Source of the DNA: Raillietiella orientalis
Taxonomy: Eukaryota
DNA length: 64,000 nt
Reading direction: 5' to 3'
Assembly (NCBI GenBank): GCA_036172245.1
Contig: JAYWIR010000024.1
Span: 2,542,001 to 2,606,000, forward strand
Shown here: positions 36,020 to 49,300 of the stretch, one piece after another
Layout: each line of letters starts with the position of its first letter
How positions within the stretch are numbered: the first letter of the stretch is position 1
The notes under the pieces: generated by a model
What the model was told of the DNA's origin: nothing
What the model saw: the letters and a program-made list of their open reading frames with translations, nothing else
The model's database searches: none
Translations under genes and position numbers: made by a program

Positions 36020-39000
36020 GAAGTTCTAAAGAAGTCATTTTCTGCTGCGACAAACTGCCAGATCTGACCAGCTTGGCGCTTTTCCAGATTCGTTGTGTCT
36101 TGCAATTTCCTCGCGCGATTTCAGGTGGCTGAACCCACGGGAGCGAGCAAAAGAAGCGAGCAGCAGAGGCATGCTTTGAGGGACACTGAAAGCAGAAGCA
36201 GCTCAAGGGAGTGGACGATCACATCTCTGGCGAAGAGCCCTGACACTGCTCGCTGAAGTCCCATGTCACCGAAGACAAGGGCAATCACTCTTGCGCCAAG
36301 CTGAGGGACGGTGAAGAATGTGGCCGACTAGTGTCTTGCTGGTTTGGGCGCGCGTCCCTCTGACAGGGAGGATGGCCAAAGACGTCAGGCAAGGCAAAAC
36401 AGACCATCTCCACGAATCAAGGGAGGGTTTTCCGGAAAGAAAACAGGTGCACACAAATAACTGAAGGCTTATTATGGGCTCCATCACAGTCCGACCTTCG
36501 CAGCTACTACCTAAGATGGAAATCATAAACTCGGAGGTGGCCGCTGTTGTTTGAGGAGATTGCAGCTTGAGAACTGCGTGTATTTATAGGAGTTCAGTTT
36601 GGTTCGAAGGACCCACAGCACAAGCATAAAGATGAACGAAGGGATTCCACTCCAATTTTCAAGAGATGGAAAAAAAAAAAGAAGGAAAAACAGAGCGAGA
36701 GTGTGATTCGATGGCTCCATTTTGACCTGGAGCACGCTGGCAGGCTGCCGTCGAGTGGGAATAATGAAATTCTTTCGGCGCCATTGGCATCCCGAAAAAA
36801 ACAAAAACGTCGGGAGCAGGGACAATTTTTTTCTGGATCCTTAGGAAGAACGACCAAGGAGGAAAACCGAGAGTGCTCCTGGATGGAAAGGGATACTGCC
36901 TCCAGCATCCACAGACTTGTTTCTGATCTGCAACGCTGCGCTCAGGTGAGCCATCGACGCAACTCTTCCGAGTCCCGAAACGGGAAAAATGGAACAGCTT
37001 ATCTCAAATACGCCTCCTACTCAAATTGCAGCAGAACGGGAAGAAATTTTTTTTCTGGCATTCTGGGCAAACTTAAGGTTCGCAAGGGACAACAGAGACT
37101 GTGTTTAAAGACCCGCGCGATATGAGACGAATCCCACTGGGATAGGAAATGTTAAGGAAGTCTCGAGGAATATAGCTGATTTTTCTTTCCCAAGAAGCTT
37201 TGGCTTGTGAAACTGTGATAATGCATTGCGATTGTCGCAATCTTTACTGTTGCTGCCCTTCTGTTTCTGGAGAAAATATGGGAACGGAGTTTCTTGCGTT
37301 TTTTTTTTTTTTCCTAAAGAAATGCTCACCAGCTGATGGCTGCTCATTCCTACTGAATGCGTGCATTCCGTTCTCTAAATGTTTCTGCAGGCAGTTCCTT
37401 GCTCGCCGTTCAAAAGAAGATTCCTTGTGCAGGGTCTTCCCATTGGGCACTTCGGTTTCTGCACCAGATTACTGCAACTCTTCTTGACGGACTGCTCCAC
37501 ACTGTCTTCGGCGTCCGGAGAAAACAAAAAAACCAGGGAACCACTCAGTTACAAGTCCTGCATTGTCTCCGCGCAAGCCGTGACCTCTGGTGAACCCCAC
37601 GAGAGTGTGTTTTTTCGAAGAGGAAATCGGTTTCTTCCTTGCCAATTCATCGAAGACGTAACAAAACGTGACGCAGTTCTTCAGCCTTGTTTGAGGTGCA
37701 GGGGGTGTCTGTCACACGTTCGGTAGTGCGGTTTCGTAATTGCTCCGCTCTTCAATGGCCTTCGATTGGATACACCACATGCATCAGCTTCCCGTCTCAC
37801 AGTTGCGTATCAGAATGCCAGGCCGCTTGGATCTGTGAATCAACTTGAGGAACGAATCAAACGAGATCTGATGCTTGGAGCGATCATTCCATGCAGCGTA
37901 GGGTCTTCGCATGGGCGCGACACTGAAGTTTGAGTGATATGACGCAAGCGAGAGGGATTCGCGATGAACGAAGTAATTTTCTAGATGTATCTCCTTATTT
38001 GAAAAATCTGGATGTGCTCTCATGGTGCGCCAAGGATGACAGATGTGTTTTGATCGCACCCTGATTACGTGGCTCGCTTGATCCGGAGTCATAAGAGTTT
38101 CAGAATTGAAAATTAGTTCTTGTTTTCTCGTCTCCGCAGCTACCAATCGCGTGTTCGTTTCCTGTTGTTTTGATTGGTGGGGTCACGTGTTCTTGGATAC
38201 GCATTCGTTTCCACACCTCCGAGTAGTCACGTCAGCAACGGGCATCGCGGGACCAGCGCCTGCAACCGAAGGCACGGAGACAGCCGAAAAAGTGGAAATT
38301 TCCCGATCGACGAGATGAAGCGAAAAGAATGTTAATCGAATCTGACTTCGAGGAGAGCCCCCGATCACGCAGACAGGCGCAGAGGTACTTTGAGACGTTT
38401 CCATGGTTATTCGAGGGTGCCGATATAATTTGCTTGTCCGATCTGATAGAACCGTGCTGTCATCTTCGGAGGAAACCGGAAAAGCGTCGCAGCAGGAGGA
38501 CGGACATCAAGTTCCAGGAAAAAGTGGTGCTGACGGGCAGTTGGCCACGAAGACCATCTTTGAATTCTCCCCTCCTAGGTCACGCACGTCCTCCTGAAGT
38601 CTCCGTTTCATAAAAGTAGGGAAGAACCCAGCGGCTGCCAAAAATGGAAGGCCAGTGGGGAACGCGAGCAGCGTGGGGCAAAGTTAAGAAGAGGAAGGGC
38701 GCTCACGTGGCCTCCAGGCCTGCACAGAAACCTCAAATGCTGAAGAGAGCAGGAGACACGAGTTGATTCGTGAATGTTTTCTTCTGAATTTCCATGGGAA
38801 CAGAAGCAAAACATCTTCTTTGTCTCGAGAGTAAACAGCTCGAAGATAATAAAGGAAAATCAGATGGAGAAGGAAGCTGCAAACCGCTCTTACGAAGCCG
38901 AGAAAGGGAGGAAAGGCCTCAGTTTCGAATTTTTGGCCACCAGAGAAACACCCCGACTGGTCGAAGGTTTTAACGCACTCCTCCCCATCAGATGGACTCC

Positions 39001-39150
39001 GCTTACGGACGAAGTTTGGGAACGCTTTTACGTGCACCCTTTTGAGGTGCTTCGATCCCGAACACATGGGGGGTCTCGTCCGTTCCCAATCAGCTGCTTG
39101 CGCTCGTGTCCTCTCTGCCTCTCGCCCCGCTTCCTTCTACGACTACGGTT
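36020..39150 (-). mobile_element. Possible very old hAT-like transposase relic
   Basis: Scattered, roughly collinear motifs on minus: SKHLKRVH (BED finger-like), RPCTRNLLLN (PC.AH.LNL-like), SQWDS (TRW.S-like), LSAALQ, PSKHASAARFFCSL (dimerisation P.S.A..ER.FS); spacing imperfect. Confidence 0.28.
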
Positions 39151-39999
39151 GCCGCTGACGATGCTATTCGATCTCATGGCTTCAGAATTGGCATCCTTCA
39201 CGCAAAAAAAAAGGCAAGCATCGTTGCAACAAGATGAAGCGCTTTGAAACTGCATTGCAATTGCAATCTCGGAGGATCATCTCATCCGCTTTTAGTCGCC
39301 ACGTGAAAGAGGAGCGTCAATCAGATGAAGCCTCGCCAGCATGCCGACAGTCTTCTCCTCGGGTTCCCTCGCTCGATCCAGGCTAATACTTTTAAGAGAT
39401 ATTACCGCTTCGTGGTCAGGGATACAGCCGATGCTCCCGGTGGGCGTCGCGGCGGAGATGGATGTCGGAACGCACCACGTCCTTCACGATCCTCGGTTCT
39501 TGCGCCACAGCGCCGCTGCCTCGGTCTTGGGTTCCCGAGGGCGAGTGTCCGTGCCTAGGCTGGACCCCTTTGGATGAGAAGCGGGGAGAGCGAATTCTTG
39601 ATAATTCGTTGCGCAGCTTCCTGCAGAACCGTCGACGAGCTCTGGAAGGCGCAGGCTGCATCGAGGACGAAGACTCGTTCCTCGTCCTCTCAGCGTCCAT
39701 CCCAGTCTAAGCAAAGGAGTCGACCCGGATACCAGCTGGTTGCTGCAGGCCACCAGCCTCCGATGCCTCCGCGTAGTTTATCGACTACCACATGGTCGTG
39801 TCCGAGGAGAGACCCTGGTTTTGCTGATGGTGCAGCGGTTAAGGATGTAAGCGAGAGATGCTTCCCATTCAGTGAGTCGGCTGATGAGAAAGTCTTACTT
39901 TGGTGACGCTGTTCCAGCCATGTGCTGGATACAGCACATCAGTGGAGGAGGAGGTTCTTAACGATTCTTTCACAGATTTTCCCTGACACGGCTTCTGTT

Positions 40000-40900
40000 T
40001 TACGGAAAGGTCACGTAAGGGTCAGTTGCCGAAAGTCTCTATGCTTCCAAGTCACCTCGCATGCTGAACCACTGTGTGACTTCCAGCTGACGATACAATT
40101 CCATTCATCATTGCAGAAGATGGTGATTGCCATCTCAGCAGAGGAACGAAGGCTGCTGCGATTGGGAACAAGCAAGCGATGTCTGCCATGAAGATTTCAA
40201 GTTTGATGGTACGGCGTTCACATCCTGTGCTGTACCCACCATAGTTCAACACGCAGAAAAGCAAGGGGCTTCTTCTTATGGAACTCGCCGTCTCTCTTTT
40301 CTGATGTTTCTTTGTGCGTCCCTGCAGCCTTCCTCGATCCCCAAACTCTGCTTTGAAGGGAAGAAATCGGATGACGCAGAGGCGCAGCTCCCGGCCATTC
40401 CAGGAGAGGCTTTCCCCGACCTCATCCATTCTAGGAACTGTTCCTTCTCAGCCTTTGGAGAAATTTTCCTCCGGGAGGGAAAATCTGTGAAGAATGGAAT
40501 GGCTTGGCATCCGGGTTGCAGACGCGTGATTTATGAACGGGAATGGTGTTAAAAAACACGCGGACGGTTGATGAGAAATTGCACTGCATTTTCATCCAGC
40601 CTCGGCGAATAATGGTGCGCGTCTTTCGAAACGAGATGCCTGCTGCCGTGATCCAATCTTTGTCGCCAAGGAAAATCTTCGGCTGGCACGGAGGAACCCA
40701 ATTGGCGTTTCTTCTAATTACCGCCGCTCTATCGATTCAATCAAACGTCCGCGTTCTGGTGAGACGAAAAGGTCGGCTGCTCCTCGGTCCGAAACCGTAA
40801 TTTGTGCGCGGACGGAACCTCTGGAAGAAAGTTCTATTCTGATTGCCTCATCTGCTTGATAAATTTCTGCCCTGTAAACCAATTTATCACCGTCGTTCCT
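40000..40900 (+). mobile_element. Possible THAP-domain / P-element-like transposase relic
   Basis: IQFHS..RR, VCHEDF..AVPTI (THAP C..HF and AVPTI box), FRNEM..KIFG (FDEM-like), FYSD/PHLLDK (D.PHL.K), in the expected order. Confidence 0.4.
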
Positions 40901-41639
40901 CCCTTCCTAATTTTAAGGACAATTCGCCACAGGACTCGATTTTGGCGAAAGATCATCTTCCCGCCGTATTCATGAGGCAGTTCTTAGCATCCGGAGTCGT
41001 ATCCGAGGAACATGATTTAAAATTCCTGGGAAATAATGACACGGCTGGGAGCGACCGACGTCACATTTGCTTCTTGAAGAATTGCCAGATGGTGATTCCT
41101 CAAGTAGCAAATTACCGATAAATGGATTTAATTGCTGTCCCGGTTTCCCCCCTCGATATGGCGTTTTAAATGTTGATTATATCCCACATTTCGCAGCTCA
41201 GCTACGATTAGGAGGGACTCTTCCGTACCCTCTCCCACACCTGCTCCCCGAATTTCGTACACTTTTATTGCTTGTCTTGAATTAGCGAAAGGTCGAAGGT
41301 GTGACTTTCGTGTTTACAAACATGTCCCATCCGATCAGCGTGGAAGAGTCGCTCACTCTGGCGAGATGCGCAGCGCGTACGAGGGCGCCGCGTCTGAGCT
41401 ACTGCAGCCGCCCTTTGCCCCGCTGCCTGGCACATGACCGTTGTTAGACCGAAGGCAGTTTCCTTTTTCTGCCGCAGGAAGAGGGAGAGTAGTTCGCTTC
41501 TCTCATTTCTGACTCCCGAAAGGTTACCGGGTTCTGGGAAGATCAGGATGTTCGGCTGGCATTTGAAAAGGAAGTTAAAAGAAACAGGAAAGAAGAAAAA
41601 GGGGATGGGAGGGGGGCAGGGGGGAAAGGAAGGATGATT

Positions 41640-42000
41640 CCGAAGAACAGCTTTTCTTGTATTCTTGTTCCCTTGTATAGTCTTTCTTGTTCTTTCTTAT
41701 GTGTTCTTGTCCCATGGATGGCTGTCTAAGTTAAGACAGGACCCCGACTGCGAGACCCAGCCACTGGCAGACCCATCGAACTGACACCAGGCAGACTCTG
41801 AAACCTTGGAGACCTTGGACCTTCGCTGTTCCCTGCCGTCGAGTGCCGAAGTCAGCCATCCATGTGACAGAACGTTGCAACATCGAACCTGCACGCACCT
41901 CATCGGTAGGGCCGTGTGCAGACTCCAGCAGAAAGGGCAGTACTTGGAGATTTCACTGAAGCACGGTTGCCCGAAGCGAACGGCTACCATCACCCAACGT
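41640..42000 (-). mobile_element. L1-like 3' terminal fragment
   Basis: FCWSLHTALPMRCVQVRCC (zf-RVT F.WR..H.ALP) followed by an A-rich tail on minus. Confidence 0.42.
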
Positions 42001-42479
42001 ACTGAGCAATATCTTCAGTGCTGGAGGGAAAGGGAGGCGGAAGTTTCCTCCCGACTCCTCCTCCTGCGTTATTTGCAAGGGCCAGGGACTCAAAAAAAAA
42101 ATCAATTAATCGGAAAGAAACAGAACTCGTGACCACATGCTTCCACGTGAAAGAATTGGAATCCTCTTTCGTCTTCTGTTCATTTCGTCTTCTCTTCTGT
42201 TCTTCAACAGAGACTCATTTCCAGGGAGCTCTCATCCTTCCCATTTCGTCGAAAGGCACTCCACGAACCTTTCCTCCACCTGCAGCTCGAGGTTCGCACC
42301 ATTCCTCTGACTCCGGGAGGCTGTCTTCGAGACGTTCCGAGGGAAAGAGAGGGAGGAAGGAAGAAGGAAAGAGTTTCGACCCGCCGTCTTCTTTCGACTC
42401 TCCCATCTTTGACACTTTCCAGAAGCGGCTTCCCGGTTCTCGCGCCTGAGCTTCCCTCCCGTGAAATTACTCTCAAGAG

Positions 42480-43000
42480 ATTCCTTGTTCGGCGGTACCA
42501 GTGTCGTCGCCTTCAGAGCCCAAGCACAGCGCTGCACGAATTACGAGCCCGAGGACGTTGGCATGACTGGCGCCACTGATGAGACTGGCTGCAGTGTCCT
42601 CCGTGCCATTCGTCGTCCTCTCGCTGCGCTTGAGGCTCCCGGCGTCCCGTGGTCTATCCACCTCGGTTCTCCCGAGAAAGGGCCCAATAACGCACGGCGC
42701 TTTCGTCCCCTTTGGAGACTGGCTCCTCCGCCCACGAATCCAGTTCTTTATACGGGACTTAGGGAAGAGAGCAGCCGAAGGGAAGCGCGCTCGAGCCCTC
42801 CACATTTTGCCGAAGCAAACGCTCGACACCAATCAGGGAGCTGTCCTGCAGATATCGCGCGTGCACCGCTGGCGTACAAGGATTTTCCAGGGAGCTCTCC
42901 GTCTGGAGCGACGGGGGCAAGAAATCCCCGCCCTGATTGCAGGCGAGAATTCCTTTCGAGGGCATCCCACATGTGGTGACGACTGTGCTCGTATTCGGAG
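42480..43000 (+). mobile_element. Possible pogo-like DDE_1 transposase relic
   Basis: TDETG, SPEKGPN (S.ERG.N), HF..AVLQISRVH (HF..VLLI.D.H). Confidence 0.33.
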
Positions 43001-43549
43001 GGGCCTGGAAGCTCCTCTCTCCAGCCAAGTCCGCTCATCCTCGTCACTTTCCCTCTCTTCCGTCTTTTCCCTCCCCGAGCGAGCGACTCGCGAAGGAGGG
43101 AAGGAGTGGATCGAGTTTCACTTTCATTGATTCCTGGGATGATGAGCAGCAGCGAATTTCTTTACTCACGGAAAGCGGCTCGCCTCTTTGGTCACGAAAG
43201 ACCAATTCTCCAGGGAGGAAAAAGAGAGAAAAAGAAGAAGAAGGAAAAAAAATGCCCATCACTTTCGATTGCGAGCATTTTCGTCCGGATCGTGTAATCG
43301 GAGAGAACCCATTTCGCCTGATTGCCCTATTTAGCATCCGAAGTTGCGTACTGAAGAAGCCAGCCAGACGGGCCTTTCCACTGCAAATACGAGGAGGATG
43401 CGAGCGAATGGCAGGAGAGGGAAGAGACGACGGCATTCCCGTAATTACGCGGCGGGCGTGCACACACGGAGGGGCCGAGCTGCATTGAATTAAGGCAGGC
43501 CCGCGGTCAGATAAGAGCCTGCGAGGAGCCCGTTACCGCCCGTTACAGT

Positions 43550-44700
43550 TCCAGGAGTCGAAACCTCACGTGAAGGGGGCTTCCGCCTCACCTCCGGCGT
43601 GGCTGGGTCCGGCGGAATCCAAAAGGGCCTGCCTGAATCCCCTCTGCTCTCACCTGCTCGCACCGGAGATGCCCCCGTTCCCAATCGAGGTTCCGGGGAG
43701 GCAGCTGAGCTGGGGAATCCCTGGTCCTCCTCCGAGCTGCCCGGCGAGAAATCCACGCCCACCGCGTTCGTTATTCGGAGGAGCGGGAGGATCCGAGACG
43801 CTTCCGCACTCCGCAAGCGCCTCCCGCAAACATCTCTCGGAATGCTGGTTTGTTTGGTTGACTTTCACTTTCCTGCAGGAGGAGGAAAGCGGGAAGGGAT
43901 GGCTGGGCGCCTCTTCCTCGCCTCCGCTGCGAACGGCGGAGGGGCTTCTCGCTGCATGCCGTGCTCCCGCGATGCTCTGCGGCTCCCGCAGATGCACGCG
44001 TTGGTTGCCCGAGTCGCGGGCGTCGGGAGCGAAGGTCGCAGGTTCCTGCCGACCTCGGCAAGGGGCGTCCTGAAGCGGTCGGACGCGAGTCTTCGTGCTG
44101 CTCTTCCCGCGAGAGCCCGGAGCGGCACTGGCGAGCTTAGGCGAGATGTCAAACATTCTGTAAGCGGAAGCAAGGGGACCCGAAAGCTGCCCGCTGTCAC
44201 TCTTGCTCGCTCTTCGTCGTGCCTCCGTGAGAGCATCTCCCTCCTTGCTGCCACAGCGAACGCCTCCCGTCGCGCGCAGCTACCCTTGGGTCACGTAATC
44301 CCGCCGCGGAAGCTGGCCGCACGCGTTCTTTCCGGCGGAGTCCCCGAGGAACATATAGCGGGCGCGGAAGACCTGCTGTCTTCGAACCTCCGGTCTTGAA
44401 ACCCGACTAACTCCCCCCCCCCCATCCGTGAACAAGTCCGGACGATGCACGTCCTCCACCCAGCGGGTAGAAAGCGCTCTCTCCGGCAGGGAACCCCACT
44501 TCTCCAGCGGGGGAAGACCTACCAGACCATTTTCAGAAGGGCACGGGGGCAAATCCGGAGAGAGGGGTCCTCCGGTCCGAGGGTGCACCGTGCTTGACGC
44601 CAGCACCACTTCTTGCCTCGGCCTGAATAGGTCGGCGCGCCTCCGTCCACCGCATCTCTCGTCTGCTCCTGCTCGTCCCGTCGTGAACTCGAATTCCTCC
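43550..44700 (-). mobile_element. L1/Tx1-like RT and thumb relic
   Basis: RTGGPLSPDL (RQG.PLSP.L), WVEDV (YADD), YMFLG (YLG), GGPGIPQL (GGLG.P.L), in order. Confidence 0.6.
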
Positions 44701-44719
44701 GGAGACTATTTATAAACAT

Positions 44720-45080
44720 CTGCGCGATATCTCATGGTTAGACACGATTCTTGTCAGACTGGTTCCTCTCCAGATGCTCCTCGGAGCATGAATAAACAAC
44801 GCGCGGAGCAGCGCCTTAAATCAAGTTTTTAATCTTTCCTAAGTAGGCATTCATCCGGAGACAATGCAACTGAATTATGACCATCTGCACGAACCTTGGA
44901 TAGGTAGCCTTTGCGCCTCGAATGGGTTGTCTTTTGGAGCGCAAGGTCAACGCAAATAACGAAATTTTTATAAATCACTCCGTCCGGGAATCCTGGAGAG
45001 CCGTTGCTGCTCTTGAAGCCAACCACCTACTACAAAATATCGTCGCACAGCCTGCAGCCTCCGAAATCCGCGACGGTCGG
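44720..45080 (-). mobile_element. Tigger-like transposase fragment
   Basis: GFKSSNG..F..VICVD (FKASNGW..F..+CGE) and GY..RADG..LSPDECL.K (GY..NADE.GL..LPD..L.K). Confidence 0.48.
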
Positions 45081-47209
45081 CAGTTGATCCACGTTCAGAG
45101 CCTCCCCTCCTAGCGATGGGGGGCGTGCTCCCCCGTGCAGGTAAGCGAAACGCATCCGAGCTGGGAGAGAACCCCTCTTTCCTTTTTTTCTCCTGCCGTT
45201 GCCTGGCAGCATCCCGGCAGCGGGCGAGTTTCTTTTCACGGCACGCGCGCGCGTCCGGGGTGCTCCCATCCGCGCCGCGCGCATCCCCTGGCGGCGCCTG
45301 CCAGGAATGCTGCGGCGAACCGCGGGGAGAGCAGCCCTGGACTGCCCGCGCTCTCGCGACCCTGCAGCTTGGAAGCTGGGCATGCCTCTTTTCCGGCGTC
45401 GGCACGAAGTTTCGTCTGCGCTACCCACCTGCTCACCACTCTCTGCTTAAGCACCACTCTCTTCGTTTATGGAACCCCTGCTCATCAGTCTCTGCTGGAG
45501 TGCCTGACCCACGGAAACGGGGGACTCTCCCACTTTTTCTCGAAAGAGTGAGATGCTCGCTTGGACGCGAACTCTCCGATTTTTTTTTTTTTTTTTGCAT
45601 CTGTGCAAAGAATGCAACTTTCTTCCCCGTAAGTTTCCGAGAAAGCTCCTCCGTAGCAGTTCCGGCTCGACATCTCGGCCCGCACGACCGAAACAAGGCC
45701 GCTCTGGAGCGGCAGCATCCGACTCGTTCCTTTCCGACGTCTCGTTCCAGCCAGGCTTCCAAGGGCGCGTTCTGCAGTCCTGGAAGAAAAAAAAAACAAA
45801 AAACTCGACTGCTCTGTTTTCCGTTCGAGGCATCCCGACATTTTTCTGCTCCTTCGGAAGTTGCTCCGTTTCAGACGGCTGGTGATCTCGACAATCAGGC
45901 TATAAACATTTCTTAATTGGCCTTTGCCCCTCGGAACAGAGTAGCAAATTAGTTAACAGAGTGAAGGTAGGAAGACGCGGCGGGAATTGCCGTTCCTCTT
46001 CAGCGAATTGCTTTCGAAAGGAAAACAAGAAACGCCTTCTCGCTGGCTTCCTTTCCGCGACACTTGTTTTCGCCCCGTTCCACCAACCACTGGAGGGTGG
46101 CTGGACGGCGGGAATTGCGGTCGAGGGACCACAGGCTGCCTGAAGTGGCCCGCGGAGTTCCTGGTCCAGCTTGCCAGAACCTCCGACAGGAGGCAGGAGG
46201 CAGCGCGGAGGCGCGGGATGAGAGGCATACGTTTTCGGATGCTGGGATCCCCCAACGGGTAGGCGAGGATTCGCAAATCCAGAGTGCACCGTTCCTCCTT
46301 CCTGACTGCCGTGCTCCGCTGTTGAGGCGCGGTTCCCACTACAAAAGAGAGATCTAGTGGGAATCGGGCGCCCAGAATCCAGGAGGGAAAACAGATCGCT
46401 CAAATTACGGATTCGCTGTGGCATGAAGCGTTGCTCTTGATCAGCAGAGATAACTTCATCTGCGTTTTCGGCTTTGCTAATTATAGCTCGTTCCATGTCT
46501 GCCCATCAGAAAAGAATGCGCTTGCGTCAGGGGAAAAATCTCTGGTCGCTCCGACAAGCCAGGGCAGGAGATGCCTGCCGAAGGGAAGAGCAGGAACTTG
46601 AGGAAGGCGGGAAAAAAGGCGAAAAGCGCCAAAATCATTTCGAACGGTTTCGGAGGCGTCCGTGTCAGAAGTGGGATCGAGTGCACTGGTGGACGCTTTG
46701 CGGGCGTCATGGACGCAGCGGACAGGGAAGAAGTCCTGAGGGGGACACGAAGTGCTGGAAGGGGCAGTCAACTCAAGCCAGAGATCCCCATCACCATGAA
46801 AGCAATTCACGTGTCACCTTGAGGCTGGAAGAAACTTCCAGTCGCCACCAATGCCTACAACCGCGCCTGAAGTGGTTGTGTACTTCCTAATGATGGCGAA
46901 ACTGTTCCAGAATTCGCAAGCTGCAAACCCCAGTTCGAAAGAGGGGGGAACGCATCCGAAAGGGGAACGACCGTGCACTTTCGCCCCCCAGCCAGAACGC
47001 TCGAAGTCGTTTCAGCAAGACCGGCCGAAGTTTTCCCAGCTCTCAACTGCATACTCTCGCCAAGTACCCCTCTCCGTTTGCTCTCGTGAAATTTCACCCC
47101 AGACGCTGCGATCGCAATCTTGTGGGCGTGTGCCTACAGACGCGTACCAGCTCTTTCACGAATTCTTCACAATAAACTGCACCTTTTACGATTCACTAAA
47201 CAAACATTG

Positions 47210-47397
47210 AAAGTGTTGAAAGGCATATGCAAATGTGTGAATATGAATGGACACATATTCACATATGCATGTATAAATAAATACACGTGCATGTAAACAC
47301 GTGAATATATTAACATGTAAGTGCATGGATATTTGACTGAATATGTTTCCCCGAGCTACGAATGAATACAATTTTTTTTTTTTTTTTTTTTTTTTTT
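47210..47397. repeat. Decayed AT-rich microsatellite followed by T26 homopolymer
   Basis: TA/CA/TG-rich low complexity; 26 T at 47372-47397. Confidence 0.8.
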
Positions 47398-47420
47398 ACG
47401 ATGCATGCACTCGAGCAACA

Positions 47421-48328
47421 TGCGAGGCGCATCTCAAAAGTAAGGACGGATGGGATATAAAGAAAGAACAGATGAGAGAAACAAAAATGTATGGGTGGTT
47501 CTAAACACATCCATCCCCATATCACTTCTCTACGCAGTCACCATTTTTTTTTCTCCAAGCACTTTTGACACCGTGGAACGAGCTTTTTCAAACGCTGTGC
47601 ATCGAATTCCGCTGTCTGGGGGTTCGGCCAATTCAGCACTGCAGTTTTCCACTCCCTCTCACTTTCCTCGAACCGCTGAGCCACTTCTTGAGGTGCAGGA
47701 AGGAAGACGTGGTGGCCACTGGGCGCGAGGTCAGGACTGGGTGATCAGAAAGTTCCCATTTGAATTTCTGCATCGTCTGGAATGTGCGGACACGGCAGTG
47801 TGTGGGACCAAAAGGGTGGACCTAATGGAGCGTGGGGAGCCACCATCACTTCTCTTCGTCCGTTGTGTAGGAACACTTTCCAAACTGCGGCTCGCCATTC
47901 AGCAGAACCGACGGCGTGGAAGGCTGAGACCAGAAATTTTCTTCTCCTTCACGACAACGCGCGGCCACACACTGCTGCTGTCCAGACAATTCAGAAGCTC
48001 AAATAGGAACCTTTTGGCCAGCAGTCCTGACCTCGCTCCCAGTGGCCACCACGTCTTCCTGCGCCTCAAGAAGTGGCTCAGCGGTTCGAGGAAAGTGAGA
48101 GGGAGTGGAAAACTGCAGTGCTGAATTGGCCGAACCCCCAGACAGCGGAATTCGATGCACAGCGTTTGAAAAAGCTCGTTCCACGGTATCCAAAGTTCTT
48201 GGAGGAAAAAAATAGTTCCTACGCAGAAAAACGACATGGGGACGTACGAGCCACCAATACATTTTTGTCCCTCTTATTTGTCCCTTTTTTATATCCGATT
48301 CGCCCTCACTTTTGAGATGCGCCTCGTA
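47421..48328 (+). mobile_element. Fold-back non-autonomous mariner derivative (908 bp) with about 350-bp inverted arms
   Basis: Termini T(A/G)CGAGGCGCATCTCAAAAGT; transposase C-terminal motifs LLHDNARPH, SPDLAPSG, LKKWL, RF..KTAV..W..KLVPRY..YAEK; 47421-47781 is the reverse complement of 47981-48328. Confidence 0.92.
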
Positions 48329-48379
48329 TTATGTACATCTAGACACGAGGTCAAAGATAGTTCAAGTAGTGAATTTCCC

Positions 48380-49050
48380 GTCATCGATCAATGTTTCCTC
48401 CAAAAAGTATCTAATCAAGTCTTGAAGGGGGTCATTCAGTCGACATTCGCCGCCGAGTGAAACTCATCAAACGCGATCCCATCGGAGACTTTCCCGGAAC
48501 ACGAATCTTCAGAGAACCGTGCTAATTGCCATTCTGCGATGCCGCGCTCCTGATGAGTCGCATGAAGCACACGGGAGAGCTCCTGCCTTCCCGACGGTTT
48601 TCCCGGAGGACCGAGGAGTACGCACGTCGGAAGCGCCGCATTCACGTCTCATGACGTGACCGCGGTAGAGTTGACAGCGTTCTCGACTGAACGTCGGACG
48701 TCGCCCCATTTCGAGGGATCGAGAGGTTCAGCATTTTTCGGCAGATGCAGAGATTCTGATTCAGCAGGATGCAGTGATCTCATCCCGCAGCGGTTGAGGA
48801 AACCGTGGAAAATCCTTTCGTATCGTGCGATCGGGCAAAGAGTCCTTTTGTCTTCCGCCCCGGCTGACCAAACCATTCGTCTCGTATCTGGGCTAGCAGG
48901 GAAAAGGACACCGAGTTAGCAGCGCAGTCTGCCCGGGATGAAAACGGATGCACAAAGGCGAATCCGAGGGCACTTCCGGCGAGTGGAACGCGAGTTTCGG
49001 GATCGTACCGTTGCGCCGAGCCCGGACCAAAGTGATGCGAATGCACCTTC
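48380..49050 (-). mobile_element. CR1/L2-like LINE 3' fragment
   Basis: ARYERI..GMRSL (Y..RL..L.SL) and FS....SAANVD..FKT*LDTFW (A.S+..FK.RLD.+W), typical of the CR1/L2 ORF2 end. Confidence 0.45.
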
Positions 49051-49099
49051 AGCACAATCCGACCAGCTTTATTGAATCAGATGCCCCCGGGACGGATGC

Positions 49100-49300
49100 T
49101 GGGCTTCGAGTAATAATCGTGACAATTAATGACAGGAATGGAAGTTAATAATCGCCATAAAGTGATGAAATTAATAATGAGTTTACTACCATGAATCATA
49201 TTGATGATAATTTCACAGCCGATCATAAAAGCGAGAAGATCGATGATTGTGCTAATAGTGACTCCATGGAGACGCGACAGTTGGCAGGTCTCTTGTACGA
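49100..49300. promoter_or_regulatory. Candidate homeodomain-site-rich enhancer island
   Basis: AT-rich; multiple TAAT/ATTA, TGACAG (Meis/Hth), CCATAAA and TCATAAAA (Cdx/posterior Hox-type). Confidence 0.5.

Noticed and set aside
37400..37480. KPKCPMGRPCTRN resembling a PBZ zinc finger
   Set aside because: Lacks the downstream histidines and an open exon context; at best part of a TE relic.
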